A DNA stretch of 32,000 nt from Alkalilimnicola ehrlichii MLHE-1 (GCF_000014785.1 NC_008340.1:1920001-1952000), one strand, 5' to 3'; positions 9,574 through 19,489 are shown, numbered from the stretch's first letter. Notes: a model not told the origin generated them from the sequence alone. Translations and numbers: made by a program.

Positions 9574-10457
9574 TGGCCTTCCCCCTCACCACCATGGTGC
9601 TCTGCCTGATCGCCATTGCCCTGCTGCTCATCCCGCTGCTGCGCGGGGACTGCGCACTCTGCCGCGATGGGCAGTGCCAAACCGGCCCGGATACGACCGA
9701 CCCGGACGACCCGGCCGACGCCAATCTCCGCATCTACCGCCAGCAGGTGACGGAACTTGCCGCCGAGCGCGACGCCGGCCGCATCGACCCGACCCGCTAC
9801 CGCGAGATCCAGGCGGAGCTGGCCCGGGACCTGCTGAGCCAACCGTCCGCCCCCGCTGAACCCGCCGCCCCGGTGGGTGGTGGCCGGCGCTGGGCGGTGG
9901 CCGGTCTGTTGGCGGTACTGGTGCCCACCGTCGGCCTGGCCACTTACGTGCACACCGGTGCCGGCAACGAGGGCCTGCAGGCCTCGGCGGCGCGCGCCCA
10001 CCCGGACCAATCCCCGGCGGAGGTGGTCCAGGCGTCGCTGGCCACCCTTCAGGCCCACCTGGAACGCCACCCGGAGGACAGCGACAACTGGGTGCTGCTG
10101 GGCCGCACCCTCACCGCGCTGGGGAAGACCGAACAGGCCCTGGAAAGCTACCGCGCGGCCCTGCGCCACGGCCAGGACAACCACCCGGAGCTGTTGGCCC
10201 GCTACGCCGACCTGCTCGCCGGCAGCCGGGACGGCCGGCTGCGGGGCGACCCGGAGCGCCTGGTGCGCCGGGCGTTGGACATCGACCCCGACCACCGCCT
10301 GGCCCTCTGGCTCGCCGGCAGTGCCGCGCTGGAACGGGGTGATGCCGCGGTGGCCCGCCGCCATTGGGAACGGCTACTGGCGCTGCTGCCGGCGGAGAGT
10401 GACGATGCCGGGAAGATCCGGGAGAAGCTCCGGGCCCTCGACGGGCCACGGGGCTGA
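9570..10457 (+). CDS. ccmI: Cytochrome c-type biogenesis protein CcmI (CycH), TPR-containing
   Basis: N-terminal TM helices followed by TPR-like repeats (NWVLLGRTLTALGKTEQALESYRAAL...). Last gene of the ccm run. ATGA overlap with ccmH. Confidence 0.75.
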   Translation: MMAFPLTTMVLCLIAIALLLIPLLRGDCALCRDGQCQTGPDTTDPDDPADANLRIYRQQVTELAAERDAGRIDPTRYREIQAELARDLLSQPSAPAEPAAPVGGGRRWAVAGLLAVLVPTVGLATYVHTGAGNEGLQASAARAHPDQSPAEVVQASLATLQAHLERHPEDSDNWVLLGRTLTALGKTEQALESYRAALRHGQDNHPELLARYADLLAGSRDGRLRGDPERLVRRALDIDPDHRLALWLAGSAALERGDAAVARRHWERLLALLPAESDDAGKIREKLRALDGPRG

Positions 10458-10476
10458 GCGCCGCCCGCCCCCGGGG

Positions 10477-11163
10477 TCACTCCCCGGACAGACAATCACC
10501 CATCGCGTGGGGATTGGCGGAACGGTCCATGAAGGGGCGCTGCAGCAGATAACCGCCGTAGAGCCGGACCTCCGCCCAGAGAAAGTTACGTTTGGCCTCC
10601 AGCCCCCGAAAGCGGCTGGTGGGCGTGGGCGCCGGGTGGGCGTCCAGGCCCAGATCGCGCGCCATGGCCACCGCCCGGCGCAGGTGCAGCGGGTCGCTCA
10701 CCACCAGCACCCGCCCGAGGTCGTGTTCGGCAACCACGGCGGCCGCCCCGCGCAGATTGTTCCAGGTATCGGCCGAGGCCACCTCGCAATAGGCATCCTC
10801 CGCCGCCAGGCCCCGGGCCAGCGCGTACCGGGCCGCGGCCACCGACTCGGCCAGCGGCTCGCCCGGGGCCTGGCCACCGGTGAAGATCAGCAGGTCCACC
10901 TGGCCCGCCTCATACAGGCTGAGGGCGTGGTGAATCCGTTCGCGCAGCACCGGCGAAGGGCGGCCGTTCCAGGCCGCTGCCCCGAGAATGACGGCGGCGT
11001 CGGCGGCGGTGTCGTCCTCGCGCTGGCCGAACAGCCAGATGTCCGCCGCCAGCGCCACCAGCACGGCTAACGGCAGCAGCACCAGGAGCATTGCACCCCA
11101 GAGCCCGCGTATCAGGCTACGCCCCGGCACCCGCCATCCATCCGTTGCCTCACCCCTGGACAC
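10477..11163 (-). CDS. DUF218 (YdcF/ElyC-like) domain protein
   Basis: N-terminal TM. LLIFTGGQAPGEPLAESVAAARYA and VLVVSDPLHLRRAVAMARDLG fit the DUF218 pattern. The true start could instead be an internal Met near 11091. Confidence 0.65.
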   Translation of the reverse strand: MSRGEATDGWRVPGRSLIRGLWGAMLLVLLPLAVLVALAADIWLFGQREDDTAADAAVILGAAAWNGRPSPVLRERIHHALSLYEAGQVDLLIFTGGQAPGEPLAESVAAARYALARGLAAEDAYCEVASADTWNNLRGAAAVVAEHDLGRVLVVSDPLHLRRAVAMARDLGLDAHPAPTPTSRFRGLEAKRNFLWAEVRLYGGYLLQRPFMDRSANPHAMGDCLSGE

Positions 11164-11270
11164 CCCATTATCTCATTACCCCTCCGGGCACCCGCTGCCA
11201 ATACCGTCCCCAGATTACCGCGCCACGCGCCCGGTCGCCATGGGCGCGGACCGCCGCTCCGGGGCGCAGC

Positions 11271-12713
11271 TCACTGAGCAAAGGCCCAACGGAGCACCGC
11301 CTCCTGAATCCCGCGTCCCGCACCGCGGTGGGCATCCGGGTGGTTAACCAGTACCACGGCCACCAACGGCTCCGCCCCCGGCGGGTGGAGGTAACCGGCA
11401 ATGGCCGCCACGTCGTTCAGGTGGCCGGTCTTCAAGTGCATCCGCCCGCGCTCCGGACCGTCCTGGAAACGGCGCCCCATGGTGCCGTCGGTGCCGGCGA
11501 TGGCCAGCGAGGAGACGAACTCCGCCATCCACGGCCGCTCCCGCGCCACCGTCAGCAACTGCGCCACCTGGCGCGCCGTGATGCGGGTGTCACGGGACAG
11601 GCCCGCGCCATTGTCAAAGACTATGCCCGCGGTATCGATGCCGTGGGCGTGCAGCACGTCCAGTACCGACCGGCGGCCCTTTTCCGAGGTCGCCGGCGCA
11701 CCGTAATGCTCCGCCCCCAGGGTCAGTTTCAGATGCCGGGTCATCACATTGTTGCTGTACTTGTTCACCAGCCGCAGCAACTGCCCCAACGGCGGCGACT
11801 CGTGCACCACCACCGGCTCGGCGCCGGGGGCGGGCCCCCGGCCCTCGCGCCAGCCCCCGGCAAAGATCCCGCCCCATTGCCCCCAAAGCAGGGTAAACAA
11901 CTGGTGGACATAGTCCTCCACCGGCAGCACGGTGCGGACCAGGCGCCACTCATCACAATGGCTGGGGTACCGCCCCTCCAGCAGCACCCCGGGCAGGCTG
12001 CCGCCGGGCTGCTCGACCACCTGGAAGGCGATCCCGCGCTGGAACCCGCCGCAGCCGCTCTGGCGCAGGCCCAGTCGGTTGTCCAGGGTCAGCCCCGGCA
12101 GCGGGGGGTCGGCCACCACGCGCGGGGCGCCGCCGGTGGTAGGCTTAATCTCGAAACTGATGGCGTTGAAGTTCACCAGCAGCGGGTGCGGCGGTTGGTT
12201 GTAGGCCCGGTGTGGCCGCCCGTCAAAGGCCCCCGGGTCCTCGGGATAGAGGTTGAAATAGCTCAGGTCATAGACCAGATCGCCGGTGATCTCCCGCACC
12301 CCCTGGCGCCGCAGGGCCCCGGTGAGCTTCCAGAACTCCTCGGTCACCAGGAAGGGGTCGCCCCCGCCGCGGATCAGCAGATCCCCCTCCAGGACCCCGT
12401 CCCGGACAGGACCCAGGGCGTACAGCTCGGTCCGCCAGCGGTAATCCGGCCCCAGGCCCTCCAGGGCCGCAAAGCTGGTCACCAGCTTGAGCACGGAGGC
12501 CGGATTGCGCGCGGTATCGACCTGGTGGGCCAGCAAGGGCTCCGGCTCGCCCACACGCTGCACCCAGATACTCACCTGTTCCCGGTCCACGCCCAGGCGG
12601 TCGACCGCCTGGGCCAGCGCGTCGGGCAGCCCCGCCGCCACGCCACTCCCCGGCACCAGCAACAGCCAGAGGCCGCACAGCCAAAGCCCGCACAGGACGC
12701 GTTGTCTCACCAT
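11271..12713 (-). CDS. dacB: D-alanyl-D-alanine carboxypeptidase/endopeptidase (PBP4)
   Basis: Signal peptide. SxxK (ASVLKL), SxN (YSNN) and KTG (LKTGHL) motifs in the correct order. 480 aa. Confidence 0.85.
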   Translation of the reverse strand: MVRQRVLCGLWLCGLWLLLVPGSGVAAGLPDALAQAVDRLGVDREQVSIWVQRVGEPEPLLAHQVDTARNPASVLKLVTSFAALEGLGPDYRWRTELYALGPVRDGVLEGDLLIRGGGDPFLVTEEFWKLTGALRRQGVREITGDLVYDLSYFNLYPEDPGAFDGRPHRAYNQPPHPLLVNFNAISFEIKPTTGGAPRVVADPPLPGLTLDNRLGLRQSGCGGFQRGIAFQVVEQPGGSLPGVLLEGRYPSHCDEWRLVRTVLPVEDYVHQLFTLLWGQWGGIFAGGWREGRGPAPGAEPVVVHESPPLGQLLRLVNKYSNNVMTRHLKLTLGAEHYGAPATSEKGRRSVLDVLHAHGIDTAGIVFDNGAGLSRDTRITARQVAQLLTVARERPWMAEFVSSLAIAGTDGTMGRRFQDGPERGRMHLKTGHLNDVAAIAGYLHPPGAEPLVAVVLVNHPDAHRGAGRGIQEAVLRWAFAQ

Positions 12714-12779
12714 GACCTGTCACCGCCCGTTGTGTTACGCGATTGTTCCCGTTGCCCGGAATTCTAGTCGGTTTCCAGG

Positions 12780-12785
12780 TATAAT
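12780..12785 (+). promoter_or_regulatory. Possible -10 element (TATAAT) for the helicase gene
   Basis: Perfect TATAAT lies 41 nt upstream of the ATG at 12826. I found no convincing -35 at 16-18 nt spacing, so this is weak. Confidence 0.25.
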
Positions 12786-12825
12786 CCGCGGCCCTGCGCT
12801 CACCCCAGACCCGACGGACTCTACC

Positions 12826-14877
12826 ATGCTGGATCAGGATCAGGCCCGGGTGGTGGCCCACGAGGACGGACCGGCGGCGGTACTGGCCGGTGCCGGCTCC
12901 GGCAAGACCCGCTGCACCACTGAGCGTGCGGCCCGCCGGCTCACCGAGCGCGGCCTGCCCGGGTCGGCCATGGTGCTGCTGACCTTCACCAATAAGGCCG
13001 CCGGCGAGATGCGTGAGCGGCTGGCCGCACGCCTACCCAAAGGGGTGGACCTGCCCTGGATCGGGACGTTCCACAGCTTTGGCAGCCGGTTGCTCCGTGA
13101 GCACGGCCAGCGCATCGGGGTGCCTGGAAACGCCACCCTGATGGACGCCGAGGACAGCCGGCGGATGCTCGACGCCCTGCTGGCCGGCCCCTTCCCCGAC
13201 CGCACCCGTCGCCAACGCGCGATGGAGGCCCAAGACGCCCTGGCCGCCGCCGGCCTGGACCCCACCGAACCTGACCACCTGGCGCCCATGCGCGATGCCC
13301 TGGAGGCCATGGGCTTCGGCCCGGGCGCCACCGCCCGACTGGTACAGCGCCTGCGCCGTTACGATGCCGAGAAGCGCCGGGCGGCGATCATGGATTTCGC
13401 GGACCTGATCCTGCTGCCGTCCCGGCTGCTGCGCCAGGCCCCGGACCTGCGCGCTCGGCTGCGCGAGCAGCTGCGCGACATCACCGTGGACGAGGCCCAG
13501 GACACCGACGGCGCCCAGTTCCACCTGCTCTCCCTGTTGATCCCCGAGAACCGCACCGTGGTGCTGGTGGGCGACGACGATCAGGCCATCTACGAGTGGC
13601 GCCATGCCCGTCCGGCGAACCTGCGCCGCTTCATCGAGGAACAGCAGGCCCGGGTCTACCGGCTGGAGCGCAACTACCGCTCCACTCCGCCCATCGTCGA
13701 CGGCGCGGTAAGCCTGGTCCGCCACAATCGCCAGCGTCTCGAGAAACGCCCCTGGGCCGTCAGGGGCCCGGAGCAAGCCGCGCCGGTCACCCTGGTCCGC
13801 CACACCCGGGCCGAAGAGATGGCCGAGGCGGTGGTGCAGGATATCCGCTCCCGTCTGCGCGCCGGGCTCAGTGCCGACGAGGTGGCCGTGCTCTACCGCA
13901 AGAACCGGCTGGCACGGCCGCTGGAGGGGGCACTGCTGCGCCACGGCATTCCCTACCGGGTCAAGGCCGGCATGGACCTGCTGGGGCACGCCGACGTGCG
14001 CATGATGCTCGCCGCCGGTCGGCTGGCCGCCAACCGCCGGGATGTCCGCGCCCTGTCCCGGCTGGCGGACCTGATCCCGGGGCTGGGGGCACGGGGGGTC
14101 AGCCGGCTGATCAGCAGCGCCGGCGACCCGCTCACCGCCGCCGGGCAACTGCCACCCCAGGCGGCCCAGGCCGTGGAGCGACTGCGCCAGGCCCTGGACA
14201 ATCTCTTCCGGCTCGGCCCGCAGGCCCTGAGCCAGTGGTGCCTGCAGACCCCTGTGTTCGCCGAGTGGTTGAACCACCGCGCCCGGGCGGCGCTCAAACG
14301 GGACGGTTCCCGCGCCGCCCCGGAGGCCCTGGATCGCGCCCTGAAGCCGGCCCGCGCCCGGCTGGGCGCCGTGCAGCGGGCCATCAACCGCCGCCTCGCC
14401 GCCCTGGACCGGGAGTCGGCGCCGGCGCAGCGCTGGACGAACGCCCTCGAGATCGCCGCCAGCGCCAGCGATGACAGCAGCGGCGAGGATGCCTGCGTCA
14501 CCCTCTGTTCGGTACACGGGGCCAAGGGGCTGGAGTGGCCGGAGGTGCACGTTTTTGGCTTTACCGAGGGCCTGATGCCGCTGGCCCGCGACGGCCGGGT
14601 GGACAACCTGGAGGAGGAGCGGCGGCTGGCCTACGTAGCCATCACCCGTGGCCAGGACCGCGTGGTCCTGCACCATGCCGACCGCATCGACCGCGGCGAC
14701 GGCCAGGGCGTCGGCGCCGCGGCACTCTCGCCCTTCCTGGAGGAGCTGCAGACCGGCCCGGAGGTGGCGGTGATCGACAACCGCGCCGCCGTCCGCGAGG
14801 CCAGTGAAGTGCTGGGTGGCGAGCCGCCGACCAGTCCCGAGGACTGGCTGGCCGCCATGCGGCGGCAGGTGCGCTAA
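12826..14877 (+). CDS. UvrD/Rep/PcrA-family superfamily-1 ATP-dependent DNA helicase
   Basis: Motifs AGAGSGKT, TFTNKAAGEM, GTFHS, VDEAQDT, VGDDDQAIYEWRHA, LERNYRS, VHGAKGLEWPEV, YVAITRG. The ATG at 12826 is used; the upstream part of ORF 12487-14877 is antisense to dacB. Confidence 0.85.
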   Translation: MLDQDQARVVAHEDGPAAVLAGAGSGKTRCTTERAARRLTERGLPGSAMVLLTFTNKAAGEMRERLAARLPKGVDLPWIGTFHSFGSRLLREHGQRIGVPGNATLMDAEDSRRMLDALLAGPFPDRTRRQRAMEAQDALAAAGLDPTEPDHLAPMRDALEAMGFGPGATARLVQRLRRYDAEKRRAAIMDFADLILLPSRLLRQAPDLRARLREQLRDITVDEAQDTDGAQFHLLSLLIPENRTVVLVGDDDQAIYEWRHARPANLRRFIEEQQARVYRLERNYRSTPPIVDGAVSLVRHNRQRLEKRPWAVRGPEQAAPVTLVRHTRAEEMAEAVVQDIRSRLRAGLSADEVAVLYRKNRLARPLEGALLRHGIPYRVKAGMDLLGHADVRMMLAAGRLAANRRDVRALSRLADLIPGLGARGVSRLISSAGDPLTAAGQLPPQAAQAVERLRQALDNLFRLGPQALSQWCLQTPVFAEWLNHRARAALKRDGSRAAPEALDRALKPARARLGAVQRAINRRLAALDRESAPAQRWTNALEIAASASDDSSGEDACVTLCSVHGAKGLEWPEVHVFGFTEGLMPLARDGRVDNLEEERRLAYVAITRGQDRVVLHHADRIDRGDGQGVGAAALSPFLEELQTGPEVAVIDNRAAVREASEVLGGEPPTSPEDWLAAMRRQVR

Positions 14878-14890
14878 GCCGGCAGCGGGG

Positions 14891-15961
14891 TCAGTGGCCG
14901 CGGGCCCGGTCGCTCATCATGATCGCCAGCCAGCGGGTCCCGGGCTGCGCCTCCAGCGCCAGCTTGGCGATCATGGTCAGGGGAATGGACAGCAGCATCC
15001 CCACCGGCCCCAACACCCAGCCCCAGGCCATCAGTGAGACCAGCACCACCAGCGGCGACAAGCCCAGGGTATGGCCCATGAAGCGCGGCTCCAGCACGCT
15101 ACCGATGACCACATTGACGGCCACGTAGAGGGCCAGGGCCAGCAGCCCCTCCATCACCCCCAGACCCAGGAACGCGATCAGGACTGCCGGGATGGCGGCG
15201 AGAATCGATCCGACCGTCGGGATGAAGTTGAGCAGGCCGGCAAGGATCCCCCAGAGCACCGGGAAATCCACCCCGATCAGCGCCAACCCCACCCCGACCA
15301 GTAGGCCGGTGGCCAGGCTGGTCGCACTCTTGATGAAGAGATAGCGATAGACCGAGCGCAGGAACCGGCGCGCCCGCACCCCGCCTCGGCGGGAGCGGGG
15401 GAAGGCCGCCCGCAGCTTCCCGGGCAGGTGGGTCTCCTCAAGCAGGAGGAACATGAAGGCCAACAGCACCAGGAAGGTGGTCGCGGTGAACTGGCCCACG
15501 CCCCCCGCCACCGCCCGCGCCAGCCCGGTCAGGTCGGCCAGCGCCGGCAGCGGCGGCCGATCCGGCAACAATTCGGCCGGGACCCCGCGCCCCGCCAACC
15601 AGGCCATGGTCTCATCGAACAGGCCGAACAGGCGCGCCTGGTAGTGCGGCGCCTGGTGCGCCATGCTCTCCACCGCCCCCTGAAGGGCCAGAAAGAGCAG
15701 GAAGAAGGCCAGCCCGACGGCAACAAACAGCGCCAACACGGCCACCGACCCCGGGACCCCGCGCCGCCGCATCCAGGTCAGCGGCGGCGCGCAGATGATG
15801 GCCAGGAAGGCCGCCAGCAACAACGGGGTCACCACCCCGGCGGCGGCCTTCAGCCCGGCCAGCAAAACCACCAGCGCTGCGCCCCCCAGCAGCCAGTGCC
15901 AGGTGGACAGCGTCTGATCCGGCGCCGCCAACGGCGGGAGCGCCTCGTTCTCAGTGTTCAT
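14891..15961 (-). CDS. AI-2E family (PerM/YhhT, UPF0118) membrane transporter
   Basis: Polytopic protein of about 356 aa. The C-terminal region NFIPTVGSILAAIPAVLIA...PRFMGHTLGLSPLVVLVSL is typical of the family. The ATG at 15961 (MNTENE...) overlaps the kinase stop by 11 nt. Confidence 0.8.
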   Translation of the reverse strand: MNTENEALPPLAAPDQTLSTWHWLLGGAALVVLLAGLKAAAGVVTPLLLAAFLAIICAPPLTWMRRRGVPGSVAVLALFVAVGLAFFLLFLALQGAVESMAHQAPHYQARLFGLFDETMAWLAGRGVPAELLPDRPPLPALADLTGLARAVAGGVGQFTATTFLVLLAFMFLLLEETHLPGKLRAAFPRSRRGGVRARRFLRSVYRYLFIKSATSLATGLLVGVGLALIGVDFPVLWGILAGLLNFIPTVGSILAAIPAVLIAFLGLGVMEGLLALALYVAVNVVIGSVLEPRFMGHTLGLSPLVVLVSLMAWGWVLGPVGMLLSIPLTMIAKLALEAQPGTRWLAIMMSDRARGH

Positions 15962-18026
15962 CCCGGGTGGCATCCAATTGCTCCAACAGCTCCCCTTCAT
16001 CCGCCATCCGCGGCTCGCTCAACAGCCAAACCCGAAAGCGGCTGCCCTCCCCCTCCTGCGACTCCACGGTGATCTGCCCGCCGTAGCGGCGGATCAGCCC
16101 GTAGCTGATGGACAGCCCCAGTCCGGTGCCCTCCCCCTCCACCCGCGTGCTGTAGAAGGGATTGAAGATATGATCCAGGGCCTGCTCAGGGATGCCCACC
16201 CCGTTGTCGCTCACGCTGATCACCACACCACGGTCATCCCAGTCGGTTGTCGCCACCCGCACCCGGCCGCTGCGGTCCGCAACCGCGTGCAGGGCGTTGA
16301 GCAGCAGGTTGACCAGCACCTGCTGCAGTTCGCGGGGGCTGATGCGTACCGTGCGGCAGGCGCCCAGCCAGGTCTCCACCGCCACCTCGCGCCGGCGGGA
16401 CAGATGCCCGATCAGATCCACCGACTGCTGCACCACGGTATTGACATCGGTCTCGCTGACAATCCCCACATAGTCCCCCGGCCGGGAGTACTGCAGCAGG
16501 TTGTCCACGATATCGCGAATCCGGTAAACCTGCTCGATGATCAGGTCCACTTCGCGCCGCACCGGCTGGACACCCTCCCCGAGTTCCTGGATAAGCACAT
16601 CCATATTGCCCAGGATCACCGCCGTCGGATTGTTGATCTCGTGCGCAACACCCGCGGTCAATTCGCCCAGGGCGGCCAGCTTTTCCGCCACCACCAACTG
16701 CTGGCGGGTCCGGCGCAGCAGCCGGATGGTGCGCTCCAGTTCCTCGTTACGGGCGCTGAGTTCGGCGGTGCGCTCCTGCACCTTCTCCTCCAGCCGATCC
16801 GCCGCCTCTTGGATCTGCTGGTTACGGGCCTGCAGCAGGTCCAGCATGCCATCGAACTCCCGGGCCAACACCCCCAGTTCGTCCCGGCTGCGGATCGGCC
16901 CCACGCGCAGGGCCTGTCCCGCCCCCGTGGCCCGGACCACGCGGGTGATCCGCTCAATGGGGCTGAAGATCGACTGCGCGCCGCTGATGGCGATACCGGT
17001 CCCGAGCACGATCAGGACCAGGAACAGCATACCCAGCGCCTGCAGGCCGTGGGTGATCTCGCTGCGAAAGGGCGCCTCGAGGAAGCCGGCGTAGAGCATC
17101 CCCACCCGTTCGCCGTGGACATCCACCACCGGCTGGTAGCTGGACATGTACCAGTCATTGACCACGAAGGCGCGGCCGATCCACACCTCCCCCTCGCGCA
17201 GGACCCTGTCCCCCACCTCCCGCGAGATGCGCGTACCCAGCGCCCGCTCACCGGGCGCGATGGGCACGTTGGTGCTGATCCGGACATCGTCCAGGAACAG
17301 GGTCACCGTGCCCGGGCGGCCATCGGGCAGGCTGCCTTCGGGATAGGCCACATCCCGGATCGCGTCCACGAAATCGAAGTTGCCGTTCAGTAACAGCCCA
17401 CCGTCGAGCAGCGCCAGGACCGCACCGTCCGGACCGCGCACCGGATAGGCCGCACGCAGGAACATGGCCCGGTTCTCGACCTCGCGATCGGTGGGCTCGG
17501 CTCGCGCGGTCTCCAGGATCGGCAACCGCAGCCGCTCGGCCAGGGCTTCCGAGTGGGCGCGCAGCCGCTCCGGGCCGTAAATCTCGATCTCGCTGACCGG
17601 CGAATCGCGTAGCGCCGCCCGCAGGATCGGATGGACGGAACGCTCCGCGGGAGCGGGCAGGGCCTGCGGGTGGAGTGCGCGCCCATCCGGGCCGCGCAGA
17701 TTGAGGAAGGTGAACCCGAAACGCGCCTTCCAGTCGCTCATCGCCTCTTCCAGCGCCCCGGTATCACCGGACTCAAGCGCCAGGCGGAACCCATGCGATT
17801 CACCGAGCCGCGCGAGCCGGTCCAGCTGATCGTCGGCCAGTCGCTGGAAGGCGTCATTGGCCACACTCAGGTCGGTGCTGACCTTCATGGTCAACTGATC
17901 GTCGCTGATCTTCTGTACCCAGTAGCCCACCAGGAAGAGTGTGGCGGGCATCAGCAACAGAACCGGGAACAACACCAGGAACAACAGCTTGTACCGGACC
18001 GACAGGGCGGGCAGTCGCCAGCGCAT
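15951..18026 (-). CDS. Membrane sensor histidine kinase with a large periplasmic sensor domain, HAMP/coiled coil, HisKA and HATPase
   Basis: Two TM segments flank about 290 aa. H-box AGVAHEINNP; N/G boxes LLLNALHA, DNGVGI, GTGLGLSISYG. The periplasmic stretch RISTNV..G.RALGT....YMSSYQPV.D..G..VGMLYAG resembles Cache-type sensors from memory, unverified. Start taken at MRWRLP (18026). Confidence 0.85.
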   Translation of the reverse strand: MRWRLPALSVRYKLLFLVLFPVLLLMPATLFLVGYWVQKISDDQLTMKVSTDLSVANDAFQRLADDQLDRLARLGESHGFRLALESGDTGALEEAMSDWKARFGFTFLNLRGPDGRALHPQALPAPAERSVHPILRAALRDSPVSEIEIYGPERLRAHSEALAERLRLPILETARAEPTDREVENRAMFLRAAYPVRGPDGAVLALLDGGLLLNGNFDFVDAIRDVAYPEGSLPDGRPGTVTLFLDDVRISTNVPIAPGERALGTRISREVGDRVLREGEVWIGRAFVVNDWYMSSYQPVVDVHGERVGMLYAGFLEAPFRSEITHGLQALGMLFLVLIVLGTGIAISGAQSIFSPIERITRVVRATGAGQALRVGPIRSRDELGVLAREFDGMLDLLQARNQQIQEAADRLEEKVQERTAELSARNEELERTIRLLRRTRQQLVVAEKLAALGELTAGVAHEINNPTAVILGNMDVLIQELGEGVQPVRREVDLIIEQVYRIRDIVDNLLQYSRPGDYVGIVSETDVNTVVQQSVDLIGHLSRRREVAVETWLGACRTVRISPRELQQVLVNLLLNALHAVADRSGRVRVATTDWDDRGVVISVSDNGVGIPEQALDHIFNPFYSTRVEGEGTGLGLSISYGLIRRYGGQITVESQEGEGSRFRVWLLSEPRMADEGELLEQLDATRDEH

Positions 18027-18043
18027 ACGTTGGCCGCCGAGAA

Positions 18044-19489
18044 TTAAAGGCGGCCCTCCTCCTGCCAACGGGCGAGTTTGCGGTCCAGCGTCTTGCGGGC
18101 CACTCCCAACCGGCGCGCGGCCTCCGACTTGTTACCGTCACAGGCATCCAGCACCCGCAGGATATGCACCCGCTCCACCTCATCCAGCGGCGTCCAGGCG
18201 TTCCCCGCTGGGGCATCCGGCAATTCCGGCCCGCGCTCGGCACTGTCGGGCACCGGGATGGCGGCACCACTGATGCAGTCTGCCGCCGGGCAGCCCAATA
18301 ACAGGGCGCGCTCAATGACATTGCGCAACTCGCGGACGTTGCCGGGCCAGGGATAGCGGTGCAACGCCCTTAGGTCATCGCGACCGAGGGCTATCGGGGG
18401 CACACCCAGCTCGGTCGCCAGGGTCTGGACCAGGTGCTCGGCCAGCGGTTGAATGTCCTCCGGACGTTCCCGCAGCGGTGGCAATTCGACGCTGACCACG
18501 TCCAGCCGGTAGTAGAGGTCCTTGCGAAACCGCCCTTCCTGGACATCCTCGGCGAGCTCCCGGTTACTGGCGGCCACCACCCGGACATCCACCGGCACCT
18601 CCCGGTCACTGCCCACCGGTCGCACCCGGTGATCCTCCAGCACGCGCAGCAGTTTGGCCTGCATGGCCAACGGCATCTCGCTGATCTCGTCGAGGAACAG
18701 GGTGCCGCCCCGGGCGTGGGAGAAGAGCCCCTCCCGGGCCTCCTGGGCCCCCGTGAACGCGCCTTTGCCATGGCCGAAGAGCTCGCTCTCCATAAGCTCC
18801 GGAGCGATGGCGCCACAGTTCACCGGCACGAAAGGGCCCTCGCGGTCGCTCCAGCGGTGCAGCGCACGGGCCGCCAACTCCTTGCCGGTGCCGGACTCGC
18901 CGCGGATCAACACCGTACTCGGTGCCACGGCCAGGCGGCGGAGCAGCTTGCAGACCTGCTGCATGACCTGGCTCTCGCCCACCAGCCCCATCTCCGGGCG
19001 GGTGGCCGCCAACTGCCGGTGCAGTAGGAAATTCTCCCGCTGCATGCTGCGCCGCTCGAAGCAGCGGTCGATGGCGGTATAGAGCTGATCCATCCGGAAG
19101 GGCTTGAGGATGAAGTCACTGGCACCGGCCCGCAGCGCGGCAATGGCGGTCTCCAGATCGGCATAGGCGGTAATGAAGATGACGTCGGTGGGGTCCCCTT
19201 GGGCCCGGACGGCCTCCACCCAATCGACCCCACTCACTCCGGGCAACCGGATGTCGGAGATGATCAGGTCGTAATGACCCTCCTCCCGCGCCGCCTCCGC
19301 CTCCTTGACATTGGCCGCCACCCGGACGTGGCGAAAATGACGCACCAGCGCCCGTTCCAGGAAGTTGCGCACCCCGGGCTCATCGTCGATAACCAGCACA
19401 GAGGCACTGGCCGGAATCCGCCGCGGTCCACTCAGATCGGGACGCTCCTGGTAATCGGCTATGCCGAGGTTGGTTCCCTGTTCAGACAT
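18044..19489 (-). CDS. Sigma-54-dependent response regulator (NtrC family): REC + AAA+ + Fis-type HTH
   Basis: REC domain (VLVIDDEP...DLIISDIRLPG), Walker A GESGTGKE, the sigma-54 contact loop GAFTGA, and the C-terminal HTH GNKSEAARRLGVARKTLDRKL. Confidence 0.9.
   Translation of the reverse strand: MSEQGTNLGIADYQERPDLSGPRRIPASASVLVIDDEPGVRNFLERALVRHFRHVRVAANVKEAEAAREEGHYDLIISDIRLPGVSGVDWVEAVRAQGDPTDVIFITAYADLETAIAALRAGASDFILKPFRMDQLYTAIDRCFERRSMQRENFLLHRQLAATRPEMGLVGESQVMQQVCKLLRRLAVAPSTVLIRGESGTGKELAARALHRWSDREGPFVPVNCGAIAPELMESELFGHGKGAFTGAQEAREGLFSHARGGTLFLDEISEMPLAMQAKLLRVLEDHRVRPVGSDREVPVDVRVVAASNRELAEDVQEGRFRKDLYYRLDVVSVELPPLRERPEDIQPLAEHLVQTLATELGVPPIALGRDDLRALHRYPWPGNVRELRNVIERALLLGCPAADCISGAAIPVPDSAERGPELPDAPAGNAWTPLDEVERVHILRVLDACDGNKSEAARRLGVARKTLDRKLARWQEEGRL

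Noticed and set aside
10471-10487. Small hairpin CCGGGG-TCACT-CCCCGG between convergent ccmI and the DUF218 gene.
   Set aside because: It has only 6 bp and no U-tract on either strand, and it overlaps the DUF218 stop codon. This is insufficient to call a terminator.
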